Positions 22,801 through 36,762 of a DNA stretch of 64,000 nt are shown in pieces. The notes under the pieces are model-generated. The model ran no database searches, had not been told where the DNA came from, and saw only the letters and a program-made list of their open reading frames with translations. Source of the stretch: Paraphysomonas bandaiensis (lineage: Eukaryota; Protista; Chrysophyceae); contig CBFFRP010000475.1 of assembly GCA_965644295.1 (NCBI GenBank), positions 1 through 64,000 on the forward strand. The letters run 5' to 3'. The position numbers and the translations under genes are program-made. Numbering within the stretch: the first letter of the stretch is position 1; the number at the start of each line of letters is the position of its first letter.

Positions 22801-24780
22801 ATGGTACTAACAGTACGTGAACTTAATAAATCAACCTCTAAAATCCCTCATATCATCTTCTTGTTTGTGTTGTATGTATTAATAGGAGTGTCTTATTATC
22901 ACTATATACGTGATCATTTTTCATTATTAGATGCATTATATTTTGCTGTTGTAACATTTACTACTGTAGGGTAAGTGTATATATGTATACTGATATGATC
23001 TGATGTATGTATGTATGTATATATACGGCAGATATGGAGAGTTTGTTCCAAGTATGTATATATTATAGTGTGCTTATTATATCAAGTTAATATCTTCTAT
23101 ACGACAGAAACAAATAGTTCAAAGTTGTTTACTTGTTTCTTTATAATGCTTGGACTTATTCTCATTGGTTATTTCATGGTTATCATGGGTGAAGTAATTA
23201 TAGACAACGATCAGCGTATGCGTGCAATGCATCAAACTAGAATACTTTCGTTTATGGATAAAATATCAGCGATTAGAATATCAGCTTTCAATCATATTAA
23301 GAATCAATTCTTTTTCTCTGTCGATACGGAAAATGGGTATGTTGTATGATGATATCTCTTGTTGTCTCCACTAATTTCATGTCCTTGTCCCACTGAAGTG
23401 CTGATAGTTCTGGTGATAGCTCCACTGAAGGAGTTGTGAATCGGTTTCAGCGATCGGAATCACCGTCTGGATTAAGGAACATACCGTATGATACTGTTGA
23501 AGAGTCAGAGCTCGATCAAGCTCTTTCTGTTAACTATCTCAAGCGATCTCACCTCCAGTCGTTCGACGATGAGTTCGAGGTAAGTGTGTTTTAAATTTGA
23601 TGTGTTAATAATAGCTACACAGCTATTACGTCGAAATGCCATCTCTTCTGTGTTTCTGGTTCTGCTCTTACTGGTAATTGGCACTTTTGTGATGCACGTG
23701 GTTGAGGGCTGGGACACAGTCAATGCTTTCTATTGGGCGTGCGTTACCATAACGACAGGTATTATAGATTTAGGCGTCTTCCATTTTAACTTAGTCACGT
23801 GTAGTTGGATATGGGGATATTGCTCCGGAGACTAAAGCTGGAAAGAGCTTTACAATAGTATACTGCGTAGGTATGGATTCAAATATTGAAGTGTATGTAT
23901 TTATCACTATTGTCAGTTGGTTGCGTCCTTATGACGATAGCCTGGACGGAGCTGGTGAAGGTACTTCGATTGATATATATATTCTAGCCCCTGATGGTGT
24001 GTTTGACAGTTCCCTATTGCTATGCGATACAAGCAAAACGAGCTCACTGTTATGAATCAATTCGATGAGGACCTTACAGCTGAGGTAAAGAATTTGAAAG
24101 TGACATAGCATCCTCACAGCAGGCGTTTGTTTGTAGTCTCTCTCAAGAGTTAGCAACAGTGATTTTTTTGAGTCCAATCCGCGGCTTAAAACCAGTAATA
24201 AGGACGAGACATCGAAGGCATATTTATCCTTCGTGATAATATGATATATATAACACTGTTATGTAGATTGAGTTCGTTCTCGGTCTTTTGCACATGATGG
24301 GGAAAGTTTCGAATAAAGTATTTCTCTGTTTAGTTGTTGGCTGTCTCTAAATGAGGTGTTATAGGACATTTACACTGCTTGTAAAACGTTTGACCGTTTG
24401 GATCAAGATTCGGATGGTATCCATTGCCGCTCTACTTACGCAAGTATTCACTGCCTTATGCGTGTACAGGAATAATTCGAAACGCTGATATTACCTATAC
24501 TGTTCGAGCAGCAAAGCAGAGCTCCAGTGATAGCACAATAGATAGTGAAAGGTAAGCAAGTCATACCATTGAAAAGAATTGATCTGTATTGATTGATGTT
24601 TTCCAGAAATGTCGATGACATGTCGTTTACACAGCGTTATGTCGTGCCTGTTGGCAGAATTGTGCAGTACTTATTCACTGGAAAGACAGCAAATTCAGCT
24701 GTTCAAGGGTTTGTTAGGTGAGAATCGCGTGAAGTATATGCGCTGACAACTAAGCTTCCTACACGTAGGGTCAGAAATGA
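22801..24780 (+). CDS. Two-pore (TPK/K2P-type) K+ channel with EF-hand; multi-exon, end approximate
   Basis: Pore 1 LDALYFAVVTFTTVG|YGE and pore 2 NAFYWACVTITT|VGYGDIAP, both split by introns; EF-hand-like FDRLDQDSDG near 24390. Confidence 0.85.
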
Positions 24781-25274
24781 TGAGGAGGTGCATAATACTG
24801 ATTGCAGCGCGAATGATATCGAAAGCATAGTGAGTGGGATTCATAGGGGTAGAAGTGAGAGTGATGATATACAGGGCGATATAGAAATAGGAAGTATAGC
24901 ACAGCCAACGTTGGTACCAAATTTACGAGGAAGTGTATCTGATGCTCTACCATATTAGTTAGGAAAAGGGTGATTAATATAGTGCAGTTCTCGTTGTTTT
25001 CCGCATATTTTTAAAAATAGATTATACTCTTGCGATAGCTATTATCATACTTTTTTCACTCGATAGAATGTGTATATGTGTATCTCTTACGAATGGTGTA
25101 TCCATGCGTCATATTATGATTTGACAAGTTCACGAACTATAATTCCGCACTATTAGCTATTAGGTAATTATTACTGGCTGTCAAGTATATTGAAAACTAT
25201 ATCAGCACCGAGATAAATAATGATGCCAGGAACAACTTTGTAACATACACGTTAGCAACAACAAATGATGTCGT

Positions 25275-26066
25275 CTACAATATCAAGCACTTGCTCAAGA
25301 GCCCTTTTTCCTTCTTAGATACGGCTCGCGCAGCTGCCTTGGCATTCAACTTACGAATTTCTCGTACCACCTACCATGACCCCATGCGTTTATAAATCAT
25401 AAGTTTACAATGTCGTTACCACACCTGGAAGAAGCACTCTTCGTGATTTACCTTGGTCTTAGCAGATGCTTCAAAAAATGGGCATCCCCATTCAGTCGCA
25501 AGAGATTGGCCTTGTTCTTTGGTTACCTATAATGAAATGAGAAATTTCAGCTATTAATGATTACATATACGCACTTCTCTGGTTGCTTCTAAATCGCACT
25601 TATTGCCCACCAGAACGCTGGATAGCCATCACAACAGTTATTAACGACATGATATTAAAAAAAAACATACAGTGCATAGTCTTCATTCTCTTTAACACGG
25701 TCAATTTTCTCCTTGTACTTCTGCACATCTGTAAATGAGCTCCAATTATCAATGGCATATACAACAAGAATTCCTTTAATAAAAATTAATTAATAACAGT
25801 ATAGTATATATAAGATATAGTAAACCTTTGCCCTCTCTCATCCACTGATCTTGCATTTGAGAATATTCATCTTGTCCAGCTGTATCCAAAATATCCAAAT
25901 GTGCTGGTGTTGAATCCACATTAATTGTTTTATTATAATTATCTTCAATAGTTGGATCATATTCTTCCAAAAAATTTTGTGTAACCAAACGAATAGTTAG
26001 AGCGCTCTTTCCAACTGCTCCACTACCCAATACAACCATCTTATATTCTTCATTACTATCTCCCAT
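25275..26066 (-). CDS. Ras-family small GTPase, ~5 exons
   Basis: GSGAVGKS, effector loop YDPTIED, DTAGQ, LVGNKCD, EASAK, CaaX box CLIL. Confidence 0.95.
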
Positions 26067-26769
26067 GATTTAAATTAATTTGTTTGTTTAATTAATATAT
26101 GAATTAATTTTTGTTGGATGGTATGTATGTGAGGAGTAGCTATGTATGTATATATATGTGTGTTGTATGTGTGTATGTATATATGTGTTGTATGTGTGTA
26201 TGTATATGTATGTGCCCTTTATTGATAACGCTTATACGTACTGCTGTACATATTAAACCACATACAATACAAAGTACATACTTTCGTATGATAGAATTCA
26301 AAGGAATATGCGCGGAATCTTGGCGATTTTCAGACCAATAAAATTACCACCATCCTTGCCAGGTAAGGAAAAAATGCCAATTTATAAACCTGAAAAGTGA
26401 AAATCAAATATCATGTTTAGTTTTTGTAACAAAAATATATGGTTTTTATATGTATAGTTGTCTAAATTACTGAAAAACACCCCCCTGTACAACAAACGTC
26501 AGCAAGGTACAGTAGGTTGCAATTCTATATATAATTCTCTGTAGAAATGTATAAAGATTCTTCAGTACCCTTCCAGAAAAACGAGAATTCTTGTGTTTCT
26601 ATATATATATACGTAGAATATACCTATATATATATATGTATGTATGTATGTATGTAGAGTCTACAATAATTAACATACATCATAATTCTTCTATATAATT
26701 TCTTCATATGATCACTTCTTGATAGAGAGATATACACACTTATCTCATGAGAACTCTTTTTATTATTGT

Positions 26770-27495
26770 ATGAAAAGAAAATACGAGAATTTAACATTCA
26801 ATAGCTCGTGTGGTGTTGTGTTTGATAGCAGTGGTGAGCATAATAAGATGATATGTTCGAATCAAATAGATAATTCAAGTCTATCTACTTCTATATATAA
26901 ACCAATCATGTATGAAAGATCAAAAAGATGTCGAGATGAATCATGTGATGAAGTATTTGATCATTTAAAGAAAATTTGTATATCACCTGAGCGTTGTAAT
27001 AAAGATGGTGCTGTAGATGACACAAGTAACGAATGCTCTACTGCTGGAAGTGATATGGAGGTAGCCAATCAGATGTCTACTGATGGCAATAAAGCAGCAC
27101 TTGATATAGAAAATTCTTTTCCAAGAATTCAGAAAAGTGGAAGGAGAATTGACTACTTAATAGACGATCTCATTCGTAAGTCGAGGAGAAGTACACTGGA
27201 GCAACGCAGTGTTGCGTTATCGGTTGTCCCGAGTGATATGGAAGTTTCTATCCCATCCAGTGTAGGGCCCCATCCTGCCACTGATATGAGATATTTGACT
27301 AAAAATGGGAGAAGTCGCCCTTCATGGACAGGGCAACACATCGTCTCTCGCTCTCATGCAGGACACATTACGCATTCCGACTGGTTTTTGAATGATGACA
27401 ATAGAGATAGTGACAATATTGATGAAGGTACACCCTATATGAATGACTCTGAAAGGTCTACCTCCAGCGATGAGTTTGAGGATATGCAAGAATAG
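26770..27495 (+). CDS. Hypothetical low-complexity protein
   Basis: ~240-codon intronless ORF; no recognisable domain. Confidence 0.6.
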   Translation: MKRKYENLTFNSSCGVVFDSSGEHNKMICSNQIDNSSLSTSIYKPIMYERSKRCRDESCDEVFDHLKKICISPERCNKDGAVDDTSNECSTAGSDMEVANQMSTDGNKAALDIENSFPRIQKSGRRIDYLIDDLIRKSRRSTLEQRSVALSVVPSDMEVSIPSSVGPHPATDMRYLTKNGRSRPSWTGQHIVSRSHAGHITHSDWFLNDDNRDSDNIDEGTPYMNDSERSTSSDEFEDMQE

Positions 27496-27993
27496 TGTGA
27501 ATTGGGCACTGTTGTTATTTGAACGTGACTAGCATTTACAGTTCTTTTGATTTTACGCTTGGTGGTGTCATACAGTGGTAAGGATGACATAGTTGTGAGA
27601 GTGTGACGCTCAGTAAATTTTCGATATAGCTTCTAATTTATTTAGCTCAATTGTGGTTTATAATTTTATAAAAATATTTTCTTGAGTATATCACCTGTAT
27701 GGAATTCTAAATTTTAGTACCAATTCATTACTGAGGAGGAGTATTACGAATACTAAAATATTAAATAGTCTTGAGTTTTAATTTTGTTTACTTGTATACC
27801 CCTGGTAACCATTAATGGTTATTTCATTATAATTGGAATTACCGTCCATTTGCTGGTATGTACGTATGTACTCGTGAATAGTAAAATTTGGACGAAAACG
27901 AGGCATGACTTGCACAAGCATGATCCAATAATGATTGTATTGTGTATAGTATAGTTATTACATATTATCAAAAGCTACATCTAAATGTGAGTC

Positions 27994-29189
27994 TTACTTA
28001 TACCTCTTGTGTTTGCTACTAGATGAAAAAATGGAATTAAAGTTGTAACCGTGGTCACGGCGTGGTGGGGTATAAGACGAGCGCTTTCGAGAGCTGAAAC
28101 TATTACTACTTGGAGCATCACTTCTACTATCTTTGACATCATGTTGAGTAGGGAAAGTTGGCATCATATCAGGTTCTTTGGGATATGGACTTGTATCGAA
28201 ATATTCATGCCTCAAGGCATCCCGTGCCTAAATATGGAACATCAGAAAGTGGACAGGAATAAACTCTTAACACTCACCGTAATGCGCTTAGTCCAATCGT
28301 ATGTAAAAAAAGCATTCAATAGATCCAAGCCTTGGTTTTTTAATCGGGGAAATAAGATGTGTAAATTATTGTACGGATGCCTTGCTTGCTCACGGGCAAG
28401 AGATATATCACCATTCCTCACCAACGGCATATTTCCAACGGTTGGCCATATACGATCACTTGGACTTCCAAGTAAGTTAAATATGCGGTGAATCTGATCG
28501 AGTTCATTATCACCAGGAAGCAACGGTTTCTTAAGCAGAAGCTCCCCCATCACGCAACCTACAGCCCACAAATCAATTGCAGTGGTATAGACTTTGCTGC
28601 CTAAAAGTATTTCTGGGGCTCTGTACCACAGCGTCACAACTTTTTGTGTCATTGTACGTCTGGGGTGAGAAAACAAGCGTGCTAGACCAAAGTCAGCTAA
28701 CTTAAGTTGCCCACGATTGTTATACAACAAATTCGAAAGCTTTATATCTCTGTGAATGATCCATCTCTCGTGTAGGTACTTCAGAGCTGATAGCAACTGC
28801 ATACTCAGCGACTTGACTTCTGATTCAGTAAATGGATCAGAAAAATGCATTAAAAGTGATGATAAATCATGCTCACAGTATTCAAACACAAGATATACAC
28901 CATCACGCTTCTGTCCAACAACAACATCTAACATCTTCACACAATTAATATGACATATTCTCCTTAATGTTGCAATTTCTCTTATAGATGTAATAGGAAA
29001 TCCATCTTGTTTTTCATTATGTAATATAATCTTCTTTAATGCAACCATACATCTAGTGTCTCTGTCGATCGCTCGATACACCATACCATACGTGCCTTCT
29101 CCAATCCTATTGAGACGATCATATGAAGATATTGAACGACATTGTCCTTGTGAGATCGAATCTCTATTTTGATCATGAGATGTGTGCAT
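27994..29189 (-). CDS. Cyclin-dependent kinase, CDK10/CDK11 group; one intron near 28227-28278
   Basis: GEGTYG, VALKK, GFPITSIRE, HRDIKLSN, LADFGLAR, VVTLWYRAPE. Confidence 0.93.
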
Positions 29190-29570
29190 TTGTATACACT
29201 TTCTCTCTATTTGGTTTACACTGATATGTGTATATGACTGCAATGAGCATATAGAACTTAACATACACACACTGTTAGAAACTATGTACGTATTTTTCAT
29301 ATTGCGAAATAGAAAACTCTAATTTTCAGTATTGTTATGGTCATATAGAGTACATAGTCCAATTTATATTGGATAAAAATGGGAGAAATGTAAAATACCA
29401 TGGATTTTGTTGTTATGATAGCAAACTCTGCCTGCCCATACAACTGTGTATGGTATGGTATGGTATGGTATCAGCACTATATATGTATCAGTTGTTGCAT
29501 GAATTAGATAAGAGTATCAACACTAACAGCATCTTATTACATAAAATTGAATAATAATTAATACTGCAGT

Positions 29571-29901
29571 ATGGTTGATGTTGCAAAACTATTGTTTGAT
29601 TTAGTATTTCAGCCAGGATCATCCCTCAAACTCATTCCTGTTGTTAATGGTGCAGTCATTGCATTGTTAGGTGTACTTTTCTTCTTAACATACACTAAAA
29701 TTGCAACTATTCATATTGTGGTGATGGGATTTCTTGCTATTGGGCTACTGGCTTCTGTTAACTGGTATGTAACTCTGACTCCTGTGTTTTTTTTAACGCT
29801 CTATCAGGTTCTATTACGAATTCCAAAAAGTGAGCGCTCAGCAAGCTTCTTCCTCAAGTATAGATAGCAACAATAGTAGAAAAAATGAGAAGTGTGATTG
29901 A
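29571..29901 (+). CDS. Pkr1-like small ER membrane protein (V-ATPase assembly factor family)
   Basis: VFQPG...two TM segments...IHIVV...SVNW|FYYE pattern resembles the Pkr1 family; one short intron. Confidence 0.65.
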
Positions 29902-30395
29902 TTAGCTATCCAGTGACAATTGCGACAACACTATAATTCCTAATGTGTGTGTTTATCTATTTCAACATCCCGACTTTGATGGCATTTTGCTGAACAAATG
30001 CAAGTCAGCCTATATGTTTCTCATTTAAGAGCACCATATATTGATTATTCAACTTTAAAATATAGAGTCACCAGAATTTAACATTTATATCGGTATAAAT
30101 TAAGCGTTTTGGTTCTATAAGAGATTCAACTCTCACTTACACTAAAATTTAAAGTAAAAGTAGCCATGAAAATAGATTAGAATAAAGAATAATGACACAT
30201 TTAGTAACTCTGTAATTACAGTCTATATTTCTGATAATGTAGTGAGAATACCCATCACCCATTCAGGTATGTGCGAAAGGTATAACTTTTATGCACATTC
30301 GGGTAAACAGGAAGAAACGCAAGTCCGCAAGTTATAGTTATAATTTACAAAGTTCAGTAAGTACATACAAAAATATTCTATAACGAAAACATTAA

Positions 30396-31715
30396 CTAGT
30401 TGGAGTCAGTCTTTCTCCTCCTAAGACCAGTATCAGTATGGCTCTTCCGCACACCATCACTAGGATTACTATTACTACTATTCTCAGAAGGGTCCTTATC
30501 TATCACGTTGTCAGATTTGCACCTCGACAATTTAAAGAGGATAACCCACACAGCAGTTGCAGTAAGCGCGTAGTGCGCTGCTGCTGCAAGTGCCCTCCCA
30601 TTGTATCCAGTTCTCATGAACAACTCCGACCCATATAGCGGTGCAATCACCCCCACGCCACTATCAAGGATTCCAAGTACTCCCATTGTTTTGCCGATAT
30701 GTTCACTGGGAACTACTTCGCTCATTACGGTACGTGATAGAGTTTGCATCACATTCGACCCCGCCACATATAACGGTACAAACAGGACCAGGTATTGGAA
30801 GATATCGGAGCATGTATACTCAAGAAGGTTAGCGATACAGCAGAGCAATAGGGCATACACAAGAGCCAATCGTTCACTCCCACCACACATAGATATTGAA
30901 AGTTTGACGAAATACGTATGCGCCAAGAAGGAAACTAGGGCTGTGGCGGACGAAACATATCCAACACTGCCCGTCTCTATATTGTAACGAATCTCAAAAT
31001 AACTGATAAGGTTTGAGTTGGTCATTGATCGTTCCACGAAACTCATGAGAACCATTGCAATGAGGGGACAAGCAGCATCTTTCACGTGAAACACTGATTG
31101 TAATTTTTCCCACATTGAGCCAGAGTTTGCACTAGATGAATTGGTATTGTTCCCCGAAGGTGCTGATGCAGGGGATATATCACAAGGAATAGCCCATAGA
31201 CATATAACCACATTCAACATGAAAAGGGAAGACGATGCAATTGCAGGATAGTGAGATCCGGCAGCATACAGCATAGACCCAATACTGGGACCAATAATGA
31301 AAGCCAGAGTGATTGCTGCACTTAAATGACCTAGAAGCTCCGCTCTGCGGTTCGTATCATTGCATGTGGATGATATTATCGCAGTGCTTATAGTGTAGGT
31401 TTGCTTTACGGAACCGACAAGGATACGTGATGCAAATAACACCCACAGACTCTCACTGAACCCTACCATAGCATAACTAATAGCCGATCCAATGAATGAT
31501 AATATCAATATATTACGTCTTGGTAATATATCTGTGAGTGAACCCATAACTAAACCCCCCACAATCTGACTTAAGTAATATAATGATGATATTAAGCCAT
31601 ACATCTCTGTATCCACACCTGCAGCACGAAAATAAGATGATAAGAGAGGAACAACAAATGCCACTCCTAAGAAATCAATAAATACACATAATTTAATCCA
31701 GAAATATATTTCCAT
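30396..31715 (-). CDS. MFS transporter (TetA/SLC22A18-like)
   Basis: ~12 TM segments; motif A-like GSLTDILPRR; motif C-like AFIIGPSIG. Confidence 0.9.
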   Translation of the reverse strand: MEIYFWIKLCVFIDFLGVAFVVPLLSSYFRAAGVDTEMYGLISSLYYLSQIVGGLVMGSLTDILPRRNILILSFIGSAISYAMVGFSESLWVLFASRILVGSVKQTYTISTAIISSTCNDTNRRAELLGHLSAAITLAFIIGPSIGSMLYAAGSHYPAIASSSLFMLNVVICLWAIPCDISPASAPSGNNTNSSSANSGSMWEKLQSVFHVKDAACPLIAMVLMSFVERSMTNSNLISYFEIRYNIETGSVGYVSSATALVSFLAHTYFVKLSISMCGGSERLALVYALLLCCIANLLEYTCSDIFQYLVLFVPLYVAGSNVMQTLSRTVMSEVVPSEHIGKTMGVLGILDSGVGVIAPLYGSELFMRTGYNGRALAAAAHYALTATAVWVILFKLSRCKSDNVIDKDPSENSSNSNPSDGVRKSHTDTGLRRRKTDSN

Positions 31716-31786
31716 TGTCTTATTTAATCTCACTGATATCTAGATAGAGTGCAGAGAGGAGCAATGAGACATGCAACACTATGACA

Positions 31787-31933
31787 TATCGGCAGTCAGC
31801 ATCTTATTTTTCGGGAATAAATTGAAGCAAATATCCTCTATATTACTGCAATACAACTATGGCTGGAATACAGATAATTGTTGTCTCAATAATAGAGCCA
31901 TCTTTGAACAAAAATACACAAAGGATGCCGATA
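31787..31933. mobile_element. MITE-like family M1, copy 3
   Basis: TIR TATCGGCA...TGCCGATA; same body as 5410. Confidence 0.7.
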
Positions 31934-32077
31934 CGTGGTATGGTGCGTAGATAGATGCATGTATTCTGCTGTTCTGCAAGTGGATCTATATATGATCATG
32001 TCATAGACAAGAACATACATGCATATATACCCCCATCACATGCATATTATCTCATATCTCATCTCTCATATACCATC

Positions 32078-33755
32078 ATGGATCCTGAAACATTCTTACA
32101 TCACACAACATTCCCTATCATTGGTAAAGGAACTTTTAGAAAACAAGGATTAAAATTAAAACTATGGAAAGTTCGTTCCTACTGTATATACAGTAACGGT
32201 GCTCTTATAACATACGATCCAATTAAACAACAATCAACTGGAATATTTAATTGTACATATATGAATATACGTAAAGGACCTAAAAATAATTTAGATCGTT
32301 CAGGATCAATTGATTTTTCTACTACAGCAGGAGAGTCTTTAACTATATCGATAGTCAATGATGGGGATATTGATATTGTATTTGATGATATTAAAGGGGC
32401 ACAAGAGTTTTGTTATTATATTGCTATGGTTGCAAGAGTTAGTAATGTATTGGTATGTATGAAAATTATAGAATTTGGATGCTATTCATTCATTTATATG
32501 TTGCAGAGCTTTGTGCAGAGTAGAACATGGGAGTCGACAGTGTCTAGAATACAGAGTCTACCCACTCAACCTGCATTATCGAGGTTTAAGTCTCATTCAT
32601 TTTTTATGTTGTAACATTTGTTGTCAGTGATGTTGCATTACATAGTGACTCTACAGAACCCTGGATAACAGGAAACTTTTATAAACAAAGTAAGTGCAAT
32701 AGTTGCAACGTCAGAAACTTGTAAAATTTCTTTTAAGATAAATTCGGGTTGAATTTGTCTTCCAAAGTTCGAGAATATGAGATATGGTGAGTATATTAAT
32801 ACGTTATATAATGTTTATTTTTCTCTGAAACGTATTTGTAGCCCACCTGGTGTGCTTTCGTATAAGAATAGACTAGGTATAACTATTTGGGAATATTGGA
32901 AGAAAATTTATGCGTCAAATTATTTTAGGAATTATGGATAAGCTAGATATCATCGGCGTGTTTGTAAGACATTTGCAGGTGAGGATCGCTTTTATGCGTA
33001 TGCATTGGACTTGAATACATAATCTCGATGATTCTGTGGAGATATGTTTTTATTGGCTAATTGTTTGAAATTTTCTTGGTGTCGTAGATTGATTCCAGCA
33101 CCTTGGATGATGTAGACTCTCACCGAAGTAGCATTTCTGGCCCGGACTCTTCTCCGGTTGCAGTTTCTTTGTCACCTGAGGTGTGTGCGTTGGAGCTGTG
33201 TTTCCCCAACGAAGGCGGTCGGAAACTTGTCGTGTGAGTCTTCTGTTTATATAGTTATTCCGTATCGCACGCCTATATACGTTATTTATTGTATCTATAG
33301 CCATTGCTGTATAATTCGTATATGATCATGTATCCAATTGATATGTAGTGCCTTTGAGCCGGATTTGCCGTCACTCAGCGCAACACTACTTGAAGAATTC
33401 AGACGGGTTCTCACTTGGCACTGCGCCGCTATCATAGTAAACAGTGCATCAGAAACAGAATCACATCCAGTTCATCCTATAGAAGTTAACCAACCCGTGG
33501 AAGAAAATTCTGGTGCGGCTTCTAAGGTGACTACAACTTCTGAAGAGTCCACAGGTCATCCTAGCACTCCGGGTGATAATACCCGCGAGAACACTAAATG
33601 TACGGAGAAGCCACCCTTGAAATTGCCCTCCCAAGACTATATGAGTCGAGTTTTTGCGGTGGTCGTAGGAGGTAAGCTTCCATGATTATTGCTATGACTC
33701 TGACAACTCTCCAGTTTTGGCAATTGTAGTTGCAGTGATGGTATCGAGATTCTAA
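32078..33755 (+). CDS. Multi-exon PH-like domain protein with C-terminal tail anchor
   Basis: KGTFRKQGLKLKLWKVR PH beta1/beta2 pattern, a second similar GNFYKQ segment, and C-terminal TM VFAVVVG|VLAIVVAVMVSRF*. Confidence 0.6.
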
Positions 33756-34208
33756 AACAATACTCTCGTTAGTGTACTGACCCCTGTAAATAAATTCAAT
33801 CCTCCAACGTGGATCGATGTACTATTACTATTTTCGTATTTCGTAGGTTCGATACTATGTGTTGAGGTTTTCTACCCTAGAATGCCTGTCTCATGTCTCA
33901 TGGTGGTATAATGTATAATAAGCAATTTACTAAATGTTTTTGATGTTTACTATTTTTGTGTTTGAAGTTCGAATTTATTGTGCATTAGCCACCCATTTGT
34001 TTCACAAGGGTATGATGGCAGATTAAAAAGTGTGTATTCTATTGCAACCTGGCCATTTATGAATAAGCTAACAGTGAAAAGTGAAAAGCTAGTTGTAGTT
34101 CGAGTGAATTATTAAGTATCGGCTATTCGAGATTCGAGTCACATGACGCTTACATATTACATATATTATCAATAGTAGTTTAAATATGACATAACACAAA
34201 TACTTCTA

Positions 34209-36072
34209 TTAAGAGTATATTACACCCACAAATAACCACACTGCCATGACATCCTCAGGATACGAAAATATCTTTGCTCTTACGGCATGTCGGCAGGAGG
34301 AGCATTCCGGGAAAAGAATTTTCTGTAGACCAGACAAGCTGGAGAGCTGAGACCAGATAGCATCTGGGTTACTATGATTGTAACAGGAGGGGTATCCACC
34401 AAACGTTTCCTCTGACTTCATGTTGCCTTTAAGAGATGCGTGAAAATCATCCTTACTGATTTCTACCCCCATGACCTTGTTATACTCATATGACGATAGT
34501 CCAATCTATAGTAATAATAAAATTAATCCAACAAACAGTAAATACCAACAAACGTACATGAAATGTTGTGGCCAGAGCATCATCAAAATGTGTGTACAAA
34601 TCCTTCGACAGACGTTGTGTGGCAATTCTCTCCTTGATTCCCTCTTCCAGAAGTGATTCTAAGGCTCCTGTTTCATGTGGAGAGAGTACTGCAGATCTTG
34701 TCAAAAGCCGAGATACTCTCGCACCAGGGTGCGTAAGTGACGTTGTGAGAACGTGCATAGGCATGGATGCAAATTTACTACTATCTGTTAAGTCGAAAGA
34801 CATATACGAGCATCCTCTGGAGAAGGAGGGACCATTCGCGAGGCCACAGTGCACTTGAGTATTGATAAGAAAACAGTTATGACGAAATAGCTGGTGTATT
34901 TCTCCAAATCGATGAGGCTTAGGTGATTTATGAGTACCCTCAAGTCGCGGGTGTGAGTGTGGCATCTCCCACTGGACGCCCGAAACGGCATCCCAAAGAG
35001 TTACTCGGGGGTTCTGTTTTCCTCCATAAGAAGCGTCCAGAGTGACTACCCAGCAGTACGGTCGATGTTCCAATCGGTCGGAGTTGTCGGCACCATTTGA
35101 GGTAAGTACAGTACCAAGAGCTACATACGCATCAAGTCCCCAACCCAAGAGCATAGAACATAGTAGAATCGCATGATCCTCCACATCACCCTGTAGTCGG
35201 CTCAGCGTCGCATGAGCTGAACGCCAGGTTTCCACACGACCACCAACTAGACCGACTTCCCGAACATAAGGGATCAATGACACAAATCTGGCAGTGAACC
35301 GGGGGTTCAGCATACTCCGAGGTGGAATTATGGGATGCACTAAGGAGCACACAGAGCGGTGATATCCTAATTCATCCTCTGCCACCACCTTGACTACTCG
35401 TTCTTTCACATGTGGACAGTCTTTTACCACCTTACTCCACCATCCCCGAGCAGCGTGATACAGAGCCCTGTTGTCATCTGCCAGTCGTGTCTGGTAAGAC
35501 CATATCATTTCTTCAATCTGTGCTTGAGGTCGGGATGTAAGGTCCACATCAGGGGGAAGGTTCGCCAGCTTCAGACGAGCATAAAGTACGCCTGCACCAA
35601 CTCCCATACGAACACCATCTAACTCACATGCAAGCAATTCAACGCTAATATAGTCCTCCGTATGAAGTAGTGCATATCGAAAATCTACAACTGCAGCTGC
35701 AACCATTGTACGTATAGACCCTTGTCCAACACAATTCTTTGGAACATGCTTATCACCCGAAGCTGTTATATATATCAACACAGGTGAATCTAAAGATAAC
35801 AATGAATGTAATGTAATAACCCCATCTACATGATCTAATCCAAATGAACATGTATAATCAAATACAGGATCATTGGATGCAATACAGAGTGTTTGATGAG
35901 ATCGAATGACATCATTACCAAACAATACATGTACTTGTAGATAATGAACACGATCAGGATCAACACTTAATGCTTTAGCTGCAACAACTTCAACTTGAAG
36001 AATAGGTCCTGTAATGGATGTCATATGTACGGGATTATCATCTTTATAAGTATTCTGAGATGTATCAGACAT
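34209..36072 (-). CDS. CEP76: CEP76-like centriolar protein (C2 plus transglutaminase-like domains)
   Basis: N-terminal C2-like region; ARFVSLIPY; GDVEDHAILLCSMLLGWGLDAYVALGT; terminal KIFSYPEDVMAVW. Confidence 0.8.
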
Positions 36073-36762
36073 GTTTCTATATATATATATGTATGTATCA
36101 ATACAGTGAATGGATTATATAATCAATCAAACAAACTGTATGTTTCTTTTAATCTGTTTCTTAATGAAATTTAAAGATAATGTTGGTAATGTATCATGAA
36201 TTATATAAACTAAGTTGTATTTAAGTGAGCTGATATGATGGATGGTTTCTATTGATATACATGGAAATAATGTATAGAAATAGACGTAAAAAGGCAGGGT
36301 TTTATATGGATGGATGATTATATATTTGAGATTTGAATTTTATAACCAATAATATGATAGGATTTTATTTTATTGTATGATTATTGGTTATATTCTACTC
36401 TGTGGACTTGTGTGTGTATACTCAGCTGAAAAGCTCAAGAATTTGTTAAAAATGCATATTTTGTATATTTGTAAGAAAATTTCGGGTATATTTATGTTGT
36501 CCTTCATGAAAATCGACACTTTTAAGCACTATTTCTTCAGCACAAGAATAGTATACAGCTTAGATCTTTATCGCTACATAATATCCACATGCACAGCAAA
36601 AGCATGTCGAACTCAAATGAAAGAAAAGAAAGTGACATAATGGTTTATTGAACATGTACTTGCATTCATTGGTTGTGACAACCAACTAAGTGCCATCATT
36701 AAGTTTGTTTCCTTAAGTGTTTTATGGTAGCGAGTAGAATTCCTCCTCGAGTATTCTTCTCA

